Shown here piece after piece: positions 12,289-23,480 of a stretch of DNA of 64,000 nucleotides. The stretch spans positions 81,689 to 145,688 of the forward strand of contig CAVUCN010000017.1 of NCBI GenBank assembly GCA_963739945.1. Reading direction: 5' to 3'. A program made the position numbers and the translations under genes. A model generated the notes under the pieces. It was not told where the DNA came from, made no database searches, and saw nothing but the letters and a program-made list of their open reading frames with translations. Origin of the DNA: an uncultured Alphaproteobacteria bacterium (lineage in GTDB: Bacteria > Pseudomonadota > Alphaproteobacteria > Rhizobiales > Xanthobacteraceae). Numbering within the stretch: position 1 is the first letter of the stretch; each line of letters starts with the position of its first letter.

Positions 12289-13134
12289 TTATGCTTTGAC
12301 CTGCCGGGCCATCTCGACAACCCGCGCGGTCATCGCGCTTTGCGGATCGGTGAACGGATCCAGCACGTTGAAATGGTTCTTGCCAGGAAGTTCCTCGTAG
12401 CGGGTCTTCGCCGCGCCTTGCCAGGCTTGTGTGATGAGTTTGCTCTGCCGCAGGAACTCGCTCGACTCGGCGCCGCCGACGACCGCGTCGAAAACCCGGC
12501 CCGGTGCGATCGGCCAAAGTGCCGGCGAAAGCTGCTTTGCGGTTTCAGTCGTGAGTTTCAGATCCTGATTCGGGGCGATGCCGACCAGCGGCACGAGATC
12601 GAACACGCCGGAGACCGAATAACCTGCAGGCACCAGATCGGCCGGCGCCTTGGGATAGAGCGACGCCCAATCGGTCGCCACCAAGGCTCCGGCAAGATGC
12701 CCGCCTGCCGAATGGCCAAAGACAAACAGCCTCTTGTTGAAGCGCTCCCAGAGAAACACACAGGCACGGCGCATTTGCTCGACAATGGTGTCGATGCCGA
12801 CATTGGGACACAGATCGTAGCCCACCACGGCAACACTGACACCGTGCGCATTAGGGCCGCGCGCCATCTGGCTGAACATGGAGCGATCGAGCGAGCGCCA
12901 CCAGCCGCCGTGGATGAACAGCGCAAGCGGCGCGTCTCCGCCGGCGTCCGGCATGAACAGATCCAGCGATTGCCGCGGCGTGTCGCCATAGGACAGTCCG
13001 AGCTCGACGCGGCCACGCTTAAGGGCGTCAAGCCGGTAAGCCTCTCCGTCGCTCACCCAGCGCGCGAATATCTCCTCGTGATCCGGCACGCGGGCGCGGT
13101 TGTTATATTCGGCTTCGTAATCGATGGCGGCCAT
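12289..13134 (-). CDS. Alpha/beta hydrolase, arylformamidase (AFMID)/esterase-like
   Basis: MAAIDYEAEYNNRARVPDHEEIFARW...LALFIHGGWWRSLDRS (HGGxW oxyanion motif)...LFVFGHSAGGHLAG (GxSxG nucleophile elbow). Only the C-terminal 281 aa of track ORF 12289..13941 look coding. Confidence 0.7.
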   Translation of the reverse strand: MAAIDYEAEYNNRARVPDHEEIFARWVSDGEAYRLDALKRGRVELGLSYGDTPRQSLDLFMPDAGGDAPLALFIHGGWWRSLDRSMFSQMARGPNAHGVSVAVVGYDLCPNVGIDTIVEQMRRACVFLWERFNKRLFVFGHSAGGHLAGALVATDWASLYPKAPADLVPAGYSVSGVFDLVPLVGIAPNQDLKLTTETAKQLSPALWPIAPGRVFDAVVGGAESSEFLRQSKLITQAWQGAAKTRYEELPGKNHFNVLDPFTDPQSAMTARVVEMARQVKA

Positions 13135-13242
13135 GCGCAGCTCCCCGCAGGAACTGCATGCGACATTGCGGTAAGCCCAACCCGCTGGCAAGTTGCCGCA
13201 GATCGTCCGCCCCTCGCTGCCAGAATCAGGTAGGTGGAGCCC

Positions 13243-14349
13243 ATGAAGGTCGACGGCAAGGCAATGCGCACCATCTGGCTTGAGCCGGACGGCTGGTCGG
13301 TCGGCGTGATCGACCAGACGGCGCTGCCGCATCGGCTCAGTATCGTCAAGCTGACCTCGCTCGACGAGGTGGCTCACGCGATCCGCGCCATGGTGATCCG
13401 CGGTGCGCCACTGATCGGTGCGACCGCCGGCTACGGCATGGCGCTGGCGCTGCACGCCGATGCCTCCGACGAGGCGCTGGAACGGGCTTACGCGACACTG
13501 CTCGCAACACGCCCGACAGCCATCAACCTGAAATGGGCGCTCGACGAGATGTCGGCCGCGGTGCGCAATCGGCCGCGCGCCGAGCGCACCGCCGCGGCTT
13601 ACAAACGCGCGGCCGAAATTTCCGAAGAAGACATCGCCATCAATACCGCGCTCGGGCGTAACGGCTTGCCGCTGATCGAGGCCGTCGCCGCACGCAAGAA
13701 ACCCGGCGAGAAGATCAATGTACTGACCCACTGCAACGCCGGCTGGCTGGCCGCGGTCGATGTCGGCACAGCGACGGCGCCGATCTATCTCGCCCATGAC
13801 AAAGGTATCCCGATTCATGTGTTTGCCGATGAAACGCGGCCACGCAACCAGGGTGCTTCGCTGACGGCGTGGGAATTGGGCAAGCATGGCGTGCCTCACA
13901 CCGTCATCGCCGACAATACCGGCGGCCATCTGATGCAACACGGCATGGTCGACCTTATCATCGTCGGTACCGATCGCGTCACCGCCAACGGCGATGTCTG
14001 CAACAAGATCGGCACCTATCTGAAAGCGCTCGCTGCCCGCGACAACAACGTGCCGTTCTACGTCGCGCTGCCGTCACCGACCATCGACTTCACCGTTTCT
14101 GACGGCGTTGCCGAGATCCCTATCGAAGAGCGCAGCGCCGACGAAGTCACGACCATGACCGGACGCACCTCCGACGGCCGCATTGAAAGCGTGCGTATCG
14201 TGCCCGACGGATCAGCGGTCGCGAATTACGGTTTCGACGTTACGCCGGCGCGGCTGGTGACCGGCCTGATTACCGAGCGCGGCGTGCTCGAAGCTTCGCG
14301 TCAGGCGCTCGCCGCAGCGTTTCCCGAACGCGCGGATCCAGCACGATGA
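13243..14349 (+). CDS. mtnA: S-methyl-5-thioribose-1-phosphate isomerase
   Basis: MKVDGKAMRTIWLEPDGWSVGVIDQTALPHRLSIVKLTSLDEVAHAIRAMVIRGAPLIGATAGYGMALAL...GTDRVTANGDVCNKIGTYLKALAARDNNVPFYVA, in the eIF-2B/MtnA family. GGTGGAG RBS. Confidence 0.9.
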   Translation: MKVDGKAMRTIWLEPDGWSVGVIDQTALPHRLSIVKLTSLDEVAHAIRAMVIRGAPLIGATAGYGMALALHADASDEALERAYATLLATRPTAINLKWALDEMSAAVRNRPRAERTAAAYKRAAEISEEDIAINTALGRNGLPLIEAVAARKKPGEKINVLTHCNAGWLAAVDVGTATAPIYLAHDKGIPIHVFADETRPRNQGASLTAWELGKHGVPHTVIADNTGGHLMQHGMVDLIIVGTDRVTANGDVCNKIGTYLKALAARDNNVPFYVALPSPTIDFTVSDGVAEIPIEERSADEVTTMTGRTSDGRIESVRIVPDGSAVANYGFDVTPARLVTGLITERGVLEASRQALAAAFPERADPAR

Positions 14350-14825
14350 CGCTCGCTGCGGTTTCTTTCCCGATCGATGGCCGGCAATCGCCGACGGCGC
14401 TGGCCGTCGCGCGCGGCACAGCCCGCTATCTGCATGCGCTCGGTTATTGTGTGGTCAGCGAATTGCCGCTGCCGTCAGGCCGGCGCGCCGACCTCGTAGC
14501 GCTCGGCGGCGACGGTGAGATCGTCATCGTGGAAATTAAATCGTCGATCGCCGATTTTCGCGCCGACCAGAAATGGATGGATTACGGGATGCACTGCGAC
14601 CGGCTGTTCTTCGCCACAGTCGTTGAGGTACCCACCGAGATATTTCCGCCCGATGCTGGCCTCATCGTCGCCGATGCCTTCGGGGCAGCGGTGCTAAACG
14701 AGGCCCCCGAACATCGCCTGTCCGCAGCAACGCGCAAGGCGATGATGCTGCGCTTTGCCCATGCGGCGGCGCTTCGCTTGCAGGCGCTTGCCGATCCGCA
14801 CGGACCTTACGCCGACGATTTCTGA
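14346..14825 (+). CDS. MmcB-family (PD-(D/E)XK-like) DNA repair protein
   Basis: 159 aa, with ...RRADLVALGGDGEIVIVEIKSSIADFRADQKWMDYGMHCDRLFFAT..., a D...E-x-K nuclease-like core. The start overlaps the mtnA stop (ATGA). The family name is from memory. Confidence 0.55.
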   Translation: MTLAAVSFPIDGRQSPTALAVARGTARYLHALGYCVVSELPLPSGRRADLVALGGDGEIVIVEIKSSIADFRADQKWMDYGMHCDRLFFATVVEVPTEIFPPDAGLIVADAFGAAVLNEAPEHRLSAATRKAMMLRFAHAAALRLQALADPHGPYADDF

Positions 14826-14832
14826 AATTGCG

Positions 14833-15276
14833 CTATGCGGCGGCGACCGCGGCTGCATCTTTGCTTTTGAGCCGATCGAGCCAGGAGCGGAGTTCGGCAG
14901 GATCGACCGGCTTCTGCATCGAACCCAGAATGTTGAGGTTCAGCGACTTGGCCAGATCGACGTTTTCCTCGCAGGTATCCTCGTCACGGCCGCTGACAAT
15001 GATGATGTGAGCGACGCAACCGATATCCGCCAGATGACGCAACACGTCGGCGCCGGTGCGCGCGCCAAGCGTGAGATCGAGCGTGATGCAGTCGAACGGA
15101 CCCTGGCCGAGAGATTTGGCGGCCTCGTCGTAAGTCGCAGCGCCGGCCGGCGCGTAACCCGCCACGGCGGCGGCGCGGCAAATCATCATGCGATGCAGCG
15201 TATCGTCTTCAACGACAAGAAGGCGCGGTTTGGCGCCATCCTTATTTGAATCAAACAAAATGCTCTGATCGAGCAT
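14833..15276 (-). CDS. Single-domain response regulator (receiver only)
   Basis: MLDQSILFDSNKDGAKPRLLVVEDDTLHRMMICRAAAVAGY...FDCITLDLTLGARTGADVLRHL...IIIVSGRDED...MQKPVDPAELRSWL. CheY-like acidic pocket and conserved K, with no output domain. Confidence 0.8.
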   Translation of the reverse strand: MLDQSILFDSNKDGAKPRLLVVEDDTLHRMMICRAAAVAGYAPAGAATYDEAAKSLGQGPFDCITLDLTLGARTGADVLRHLADIGCVAHIIIVSGRDEDTCEENVDLAKSLNLNILGSMQKPVDPAELRSWLDRLKSKDAAAVAAA

Positions 15277-15387
15277 GGCAAAGCCCCCACAAAGAACCGG
15301 TCCCTTATTCCCCAACAATAGGAAAAGTCCGCGAAACTTGGCTTAGGCCATTCGCTAAAATTTGAAATGATCGAGGTTAACGGCTGA

Positions 15388-15957
15388 TTACTTCGGCGCG
15401 CGTTTGGCGAGAATACGCTGCAAAGTGCGGCGATGCATGTTCAGCCGCCGAGCCGTTTCCGAGACGTTGCGCCCGCACAATTCGTAGATGCGCTGGATGT
15501 GCTCCCAGCGAACCCGGTCCGCGGACATCGGATTTTCCGGCGGCTCGATCTTCCGGTTGTCCAGCGCCAGCAGTGCTGCCGCCACATCGTCGGCATCGAC
15601 CGGCTTGGCGAGATAATCGACAGCACCGAGCTTAACCGCGTTAACCGCGGTCGCGATGTTGCCGTAGCCGGTGAGAATGATGGCGCGTGCCTCCGGACGG
15701 CGCTTTTTCATCGCCGAAATAACGTCGAGGCCGTTACCGTCACCGAGCCGCATATCGACCACGGCAAAGGCTGGCGGCGCCTTTTCGACCTGCAATAGGC
15801 CTTCTGCCACCGACTCGGCGGTCGCGACAACAAAGCCGCGGCCTTCCATCGCCCGAGCCAGGCGTTGCAGGAATGACTTGTCGTCCTCGACGATGAGAAG
15901 CGTGCGCTCAGCCGGCACCGCAGCAGCCGTTGCAGTGGTCATTGTTGCAGTGGTCAT
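15388..15957 (-). CDS. regA: Redox response regulator RegA/PrrA/ActR (RegR)
   Basis: ...ERTLLIVEDDKSFLQRLARAMEGRGFVV...AVVDMRLGDGNGLDVISAM...TGYGNIATAVNAVKLGAVDYLAKP... The C-terminal HTH, RVRWEHIQRIYELCGRNVSETARRLNMHRRTLQRILAKRAPK, is nearly invariant in RegA orthologues. Confidence 0.92.
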   Translation of the reverse strand: MTTATMTTATAAAVPAERTLLIVEDDKSFLQRLARAMEGRGFVVATAESVAEGLLQVEKAPPAFAVVDMRLGDGNGLDVISAMKKRRPEARAIILTGYGNIATAVNAVKLGAVDYLAKPVDADDVAAALLALDNRKIEPPENPMSADRVRWEHIQRIYELCGRNVSETARRLNMHRRTLQRILAKRAPK

Positions 15958-16027
15958 GGGCAATCCAACTCCATCAAGCAATCGTCCGCCCCTTGCATCA
16001 ACAACCGGTCAATGCCTGACCTAACAA

Positions 16028-17371
16028 TTAGGAGGCTTGGGCTATCGGCTCAAGAGGGGGTGAAACCAGTGCGCGCTCGAAGTCGCCCCGGCTCCAGGTG
16101 ATAGCTATGGTCGCGCCGTGCATCGGCGGCGCCTGATTTTTCAAAGACAGCGTGGCGCCGGAGCGCTCCAGCAGCGTCTTGGCGATGAAAAAACCCAATC
16201 CAAGCCCGAATGACGCCGCTCCGTCGTCGTCCGGCTCGCGCGGCTCGGGTTTGCGGTGGGTCACATAGGGCGCGCCGATCCGATCCACGACTTCGGGAGC
16301 AAAGCCCGGTCCATCGTCGCTGATGGTGATGCTGACTTCCGCCGCACTCCATTGCACGAAAATTTCGATCCGGCGGTGCGCGAAGTCGACGGCGTTTTCG
16401 ATCAGGTTGCCGAGCCCGTAGCGGATGGCCGGGTTGCGCGCCCCGACCGGTTCCGCTGAACGGTTTGGCGGCATCGTCACGCCGATCTGGATACCGAAGT
16501 TGCGATGCGGCGCGACGGCTTCTTCGATCAAGGCCGAGATCGGCACGCGATCGAACGGATCGCCTGCCGGCAGCTCAGTGATCTTCGCCAGAATCTCGCG
16601 GCAGCGTTGCGCCTGTTCGCGCAACAGCTTTATGTCGTCGGCGTGCGGCGAGCTCGCTTCGAGCGCGCGCTCGATTTCGCGGATCACGACGGTAATGGTA
16701 GCGAGCGGGGTGCCGAGTTCATGCGCCGCCGCCGCGGCGAGACCGTCGAGCTGCGACAGATGCTGTTCGCGCGCCAGCACCAATTCGGTTGCCGCCAGCG
16801 CATCGGAAAGCTGGCGCGCTTCTTCGGCGATCTGCCACGTATAAACGCCGATGTAGCCGATCGCGAGCAGGATCGAGAGCCAGACCCCGACCATGTAGAT
16901 TTCGGGAAGCTGCAGCGGATCTTCGCTGTCCCACGGCAGGTCGTAGTGGAAGAATACCAGCGCCGTGGCGCAAAGCATGGCGAACGTGCCGATCAGCAGC
17001 GTCATGCGCGGCGGCAATGCCGTCGCCGAGATCAGCACCGGCCCGAGCAACAGGAACGCAAACGGATTTTCCAAACCGCCGGTCAAATAGAGCAGCGCCG
17101 CAAGTTCGGCGATATCGAAGCCAAGCAGCCACGCCGCCCGATCGGGCTCGAGCCATTGCGTCTGATGGAACCCGACCCGCAGCGCCACATTGAGCAGCGC
17201 CGAGATCGCGATTACAGCCGTGCAGGCCCAGATCGGCACTTCGAATTCGAGGCCGAAATGCACCACAAGGACCGCCGCGAACTGGCCGAAAACGGCGAGC
17301 CAGCGCAGCCGGACCAGCGTATCCAGCCGCACATTGCGCGGCCGGTCATGAAGCCGGGGCAGACCGAACAT
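16028..17371 (-). CDS. regB: Redox sensor histidine kinase RegB/PrrB/ActS (RegS)
   Basis: MFGLPRLHDRPRNVRLDTLVRLRWLAVFGQFAAVLVV..., six TM segments, then the H-box AAAAHELGTPLATI and an HATPase domain (GLGNLIENAVDF...DDGPGF...GLGLGFFIAKTLLER). Adjacent to regA. The start is uncertain (the ORF is open to 17497). Confidence 0.9.
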   Translation of the reverse strand: MFGLPRLHDRPRNVRLDTLVRLRWLAVFGQFAAVLVVHFGLEFEVPIWACTAVIAISALLNVALRVGFHQTQWLEPDRAAWLLGFDIAELAALLYLTGGLENPFAFLLLGPVLISATALPPRMTLLIGTFAMLCATALVFFHYDLPWDSEDPLQLPEIYMVGVWLSILLAIGYIGVYTWQIAEEARQLSDALAATELVLAREQHLSQLDGLAAAAAHELGTPLATITVVIREIERALEASSPHADDIKLLREQAQRCREILAKITELPAGDPFDRVPISALIEEAVAPHRNFGIQIGVTMPPNRSAEPVGARNPAIRYGLGNLIENAVDFAHRRIEIFVQWSAAEVSITISDDGPGFAPEVVDRIGAPYVTHRKPEPREPDDDGAASFGLGLGFFIAKTLLERSGATLSLKNQAPPMHGATIAITWSRGDFERALVSPPLEPIAQAS

Positions 17372-17408
17372 GCCGGTCAATGTAGCGATTGGCGCGGCTT
17401 GCAGACAG

Positions 17409-17438
17409 GGCAAGTTGCCGCTGGCAAGTTGCCGCTGG
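17409..17438. repeat. Perfect 14-nt tandem duplication (caagttgccgctgg x2) creating two GGCAAGTTGCC palindromes
   Basis: The units span 17411-17424 and 17425-17438, in the regB/cupin divergent intergenic region. Positions 17418-17435 are identical to 13182-13199, in the hydrolase/mtnA divergent intergenic region. Confidence 0.85.
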
Positions 17439-17498
17439 TGTGAGGCCCGCGAATGAGCAAAACTATTGCCCAACGAGCCCTTCCGAGGAGTAATCACA

Positions 17499-18038
17499 AT
17501 GACCTATGAGCTTGACCAGTTCATAACGGATTGCCGTTCCATCCTGTCGCGCGACCCCGGCCCGAAAGGCCGCGAGGATGTGCGCAAGCATCTTGAGCAA
17601 TTGCTGCAAAACAAGAGCTTCGTGAAACAGCATTGCGAAGATGCGCCACGCGGACTGCACACGCTCTACGAGGACAAGGACCTTGGCTTTCAGATCCTTG
17701 CCCATATCAACGACAAGGCGCGTGTCTCACCGCCGCACGATCACGGCGCGTCCTGGGCGATCTACGGCCAGGCGACCCATTACACCGAGATGACCGAATG
17801 GGAGCGCGAGGATAACGGCAGCGACAACAAGCACGCCAAGCTCAAGCCGGTGAAGAAATATCGTCTCGAGCCTGGCCATGCCGGTATTTACGAGGACGGC
17901 AAGATCCATTCGATCGACTATCCGGACTACTCCCGTTTCGTGCGCGTCACCGGCACCAACCTCGACAAGATCGACCGCGTGCGCTTCGACCTGAAAACCG
18001 GCGAAGTGCACCAGATGACGCCGCAGCAGGCCACGTGA
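17499..18038 (+). CDS. Cupin, cysteine-dioxygenase-like (COG5553-type) protein
   Basis: MTYELDQFITDCRSILSRDPGPKGREDVRKHLEQLL...LAHINDKARVSPPHDHGASWAIYGQATHYTEM...GKIHSIDYPD, with His-rich cupin metal motifs. GAGGAG RBS. The stop overlaps the start of the rhodanese gene. Confidence 0.6.
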   Translation: MTYELDQFITDCRSILSRDPGPKGREDVRKHLEQLLQNKSFVKQHCEDAPRGLHTLYEDKDLGFQILAHINDKARVSPPHDHGASWAIYGQATHYTEMTEWEREDNGSDNKHAKLKPVKKYRLEPGHAGIYEDGKIHSIDYPDYSRFVRVTGTNLDKIDRVRFDLKTGEVHQMTPQQAT

Positions 18039-19606
18039 CAACGACGATAAGCCCCGCGCAGTTGCGGGGCATGATTGCCGACGGCGGCGAGCTGGCGCTT
18101 GCCGATGTTCGGGAAGAGTTGGTTTTTTCGCAACGCCACCTGCTGCTGGCGCGCTCGATCCCGCTGAGCCGGCTCGAGCTGAAATTCGCGCAGCTTGTGC
18201 CGCGCCGCGCAACACGCATCGTGCTGTGCGACGACAACGACGGACTGGCGGCCCGCGCCGCGGCGATCCTCGAGCGCAACGGCTATTCCGAAGTCGCCAT
18301 TCTCTTGAGCGGCGTCGACAGCTGGGTGGCCTCCGGCTTCGAAGTGTTCTCTGGCGTCAATGTGCCGAGCAAAGCCTTCGGCGAATATATCGAACACGCC
18401 AACCGCACGCCCAGCATCTCCGCCGCCGAGCTGGAGCAACTTTTACGCGACAAAGCCGACATCGTTGTGCTCGACAGCCGGCCGTTCGATGAATACTCGC
18501 GGGTCTCGATCCCGACGGGCATCGATGTTCCCGGCGCCGAGCTGGTGTTGCGCGCCCGCGAGATCGCGCCATCGCCGGCGACGATGGTGGTCGTCAATTG
18601 CGCCGGGCGCACCCGAAGCATTATCGGCGCGCAATCGCTTATCAATGCCGGCCTGCCGAATAAAGTTGTCGCGCTGCGCAACGGCACGATGGGATGGAGC
18701 CTCGCCGGCTTTAGCTGCGACAGCGGCAAGAACAATCGTGCTCCGGATGTTTCTCAACAGACCCTCGGTTGGGCGCGGCAGGCCGCACAAAGGGTCGCGC
18801 AAGGTTGCGGCGTCGAGACTATCGACCGCAAAAAGCTCGATGCGCTGCGGCAGGATACGCAACGCACGCTCTATCTGCTCGATGTCCGCGATCCCGCCGA
18901 ATACGCGGCGGGCCATGTCGCCGGTGCAATTTCGGCACCTGGCGGCCAGCTTGTGCAGGCTACCGATCAATATGTCGGCACCCTCGGCGCCCGCATCGTT
19001 CTGGTCGACGACAAGGAAGTGCGCGCCGCGATGACCGGCTCGTGGCTGCGGCAAATGGGCTGGAAAGACGTTTTCGTACTGGTCGAAACCGGAACGGAAA
19101 TCGCTGCGCCGATTCCCACGATCCTTGAGAGCGGCGTGCACCGTGGTGTTGCTATCGACTGTGCCGCGCTCAAAACCATGCTCGCACGCAACGAGGCCAC
19201 GGTGCTCGATCTGTCGCTCAGCCGCGATTATCAGTTCGGGCATATTCCCGGAGCATGGTTTGCGATCCGCAACCGGCTCGACCGCGCACTCAAGAAGATT
19301 CCGTTACATGGCATGCTGGTGCTGACATCCGAAGATGGTGCGCAAGCGCGGCTGGCGACGGCCGAGGCGGAAGCGCTGGTCGGCGCGCCGGTCTGCGCGC
19401 TCGCCGGCGGCAATGCCGCGTGGCAGGCCGCTGGTTATCCGTTATCGAAGGATGCGCAGATGGCCGACGAAGCTGTCGATCAGTGGCGTAAGCCCTACGA
19501 GCGCAGCGGTGACCAGAAGGCAGCGATGAACGAATATCTGGCGTGGGAGATCGACCTGCTGCCACGCATCGAGCGCGATGGGTCGCTGAAATTCTCGCAT
19601 CGCTAA
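18035..19606 (+). CDS. Multi-rhodanese-domain sulfurtransferase-like protein
   Basis: 523 aa, with roughly four rhodanese-like repeats. One canonical active-site loop is seen (VVVNCAGRTRSIIG, CxxxxR). The equivalent loops of the other repeats carry Asp/Ser (VLCDDNDG, VLVDDKEV, VLTSEDGA). GTG start overlaps the cupin stop (GTGA). Confidence 0.8.
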   Translation: MTTTISPAQLRGMIADGGELALADVREELVFSQRHLLLARSIPLSRLELKFAQLVPRRATRIVLCDDNDGLAARAAAILERNGYSEVAILLSGVDSWVASGFEVFSGVNVPSKAFGEYIEHANRTPSISAAELEQLLRDKADIVVLDSRPFDEYSRVSIPTGIDVPGAELVLRAREIAPSPATMVVVNCAGRTRSIIGAQSLINAGLPNKVVALRNGTMGWSLAGFSCDSGKNNRAPDVSQQTLGWARQAAQRVAQGCGVETIDRKKLDALRQDTQRTLYLLDVRDPAEYAAGHVAGAISAPGGQLVQATDQYVGTLGARIVLVDDKEVRAAMTGSWLRQMGWKDVFVLVETGTEIAAPIPTILESGVHRGVAIDCAALKTMLARNEATVLDLSLSRDYQFGHIPGAWFAIRNRLDRALKKIPLHGMLVLTSEDGAQARLATAEAEALVGAPVCALAGGNAAWQAAGYPLSKDAQMADEAVDQWRKPYERSGDQKAAMNEYLAWEIDLLPRIERDGSLKFSHR

Positions 19607-19607
19607 T

Positions 19608-20315
19608 TTAGTTCGCGACTTCCAGCAGGATTTCCGAAAGCCGTTCCGGCATGTCGACCATCACGTCGTGGCCGCACGGCACATCGTAGGTGCGCCACGC
19701 CTTGTCGCCGCGCGCTTCGGCAAGCGCCCGGTCGAATCCTGGATTGGCGTAATTTGCCGCCCGGATATAACTCTTGCGCGCAATGCGATCGCGGGCGCCG
19801 GTCAGTGCGATCTTGTCGGTGAACGTTGCGATCGGCTGCCCGACGCACATGCGGTCAACCCAGGCGCGGTCGGCTTCGTTGACAGCGAAAGCCTCCGCGG
19901 CGCGCGGCGGAATGGCGATATCGCCCCGCTGCAGGGCATTGGCGATGCCTTCTTTCACCGCGGGTCCGGTGAGGTCCTGAACGCTTTCGCCATTCTTCGG
20001 CACGAAAGCATCGAGAAAGACGATGGAGCGGATCAACGGCGCTGCCTGCTCAGCCACGCCGGATATGACAAAGCCGCCGTAGGAGTGGCCGCATAGTACG
20101 ACGTCTTTCAAATCTTCCCACTTCAGAACATTCACGATGTCAGTGATGTGAGTCTCCAGGTCGATACCGGCACGCAGCAAATGCGCGCGCTCGCCGACAC
20201 CCGTCAGCGTCGGCGTGAATACGCGGTCGCCGTCTTCGCGCAACCGGTCGGCAACACGCCGCCAGCACCAGCCGCCATGCCAAGCACCGTGAACCAGAAC
20301 AAATGTGCTGGGCAT
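19608..20315 (-). CDS. Alpha/beta hydrolase (methylesterase/SABP2-like)
   Basis: MPSTFVLVHGAWHGGWCWRRVADRLREDGDRVFTPTLTGVGERAHLL...VVLCGHSYGGFVISG (GxSxG). GGAGAA RBS. Directly downstream of obg. Confidence 0.75.
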   Translation of the reverse strand: MPSTFVLVHGAWHGGWCWRRVADRLREDGDRVFTPTLTGVGERAHLLRAGIDLETHITDIVNVLKWEDLKDVVLCGHSYGGFVISGVAEQAAPLIRSIVFLDAFVPKNGESVQDLTGPAVKEGIANALQRGDIAIPPRAAEAFAVNEADRAWVDRMCVGQPIATFTDKIALTGARDRIARKSYIRAANYANPGFDRALAEARGDKAWRTYDVPCGHDVMVDMPERLSEILLEVAN

Positions 20316-20326
20316 GAAATTCTCCG

Positions 20327-22826
<2,500 letters not shown>

Positions 22827-22860
22827 CTGCGCGGCCGCGTCTGCCTTTCCGGGTCATGTT

Positions 22861-23457
22861 CTAGGCAACTCGCTTGGCGAGCTGCCACGATTTCAGCGAA
22901 GACCACAATCCGCGATCGAGTCGGAAGCGATCCGCCGGCGCAGCAGAATTGATGGCGCGGATGCGGATGAGCCGCACGCTGGTCCATTGGAAACCGCACT
23001 TCTCCAGCACGCGCCGTGACGCGGGATTGTTGACCCGCGCCCCGGATTGCAGCGCCGGATGCCCGAGATCGCCGAATGCGTGATCGATCACCGCGCGCGC
23101 GGCTTCGGTGGCGAAGCCATGGCCCCAGTAATCGGTGCCGAACCAATAGCCAAGCTCGGCGCCCTCTTCGCGCATATCGATGCTGCACACACCGATGACG
23201 GCGCCGCCGTAAGCCACGACGAAACACGCCTCGCCGTCGTATTTGTTGACGGTTTCGATGAACGCTTCGGCATCTTCAATGCCGTAAGGGTGCGGAATGC
23301 GCGCAGTGTTTGCCGCGATACGGCGATCGTTGGCGAGCTGAGCCATGGCTTTGACGTCGGCCAGCCACGGTGCGCGCAATATCAGCCGCTCCGTTTTGAG
23401 CACCGGGATACTTTGTAACCGTGGGATCTGAGCAACAACTTCTTCCGCGAGAGTCAT
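22861..23457 (-). CDS. GNAT family N-acetyltransferase (RimJ/RimL-like)
   Basis: MTLAEEVVAQIPRLQSIPVLKTERLILRAPWLADVKAM...GYWFGTDYWGHGFATEAARAVIDHAF...VNNPASRRVLEKCGFQ. AAGGAG RBS. Confidence 0.8.
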   Translation of the reverse strand: MTLAEEVVAQIPRLQSIPVLKTERLILRAPWLADVKAMAQLANDRRIAANTARIPHPYGIEDAEAFIETVNKYDGEACFVVAYGGAVIGVCSIDMREEGAELGYWFGTDYWGHGFATEAARAVIDHAFGDLGHPALQSGARVNNPASRRVLEKCGFQWTSVRLIRIRAINSAAPADRFRLDRGLWSSLKSWQLAKRVA

Positions 23458-23480
23458 TGCGTGGCTCCTTTAGAAAATCG

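Noticed and set aside
13135-13941. The N-terminal 268 aa of the 550-aa track ORF 12289..13941
   Set aside because: This part runs antisense through mtnA and is Arg/Gly-rich nonsense. The recognisable alpha/beta hydrolase begins at MAAIDYE (ATG 13134).
17421-17436. Reading CTGGCAAGTTGCC as a sigma-54 (-24 TGGCA / -12 TTGC) promoter, or as a RegR/RegA box
   Set aside because: The GG and GC elements are only ~2 nt apart instead of the required ~10-nt centre-to-centre spacing. Against the RegR box as I recall it (GNGRCRTTNNGNCGC), four of the specified positions mismatch.
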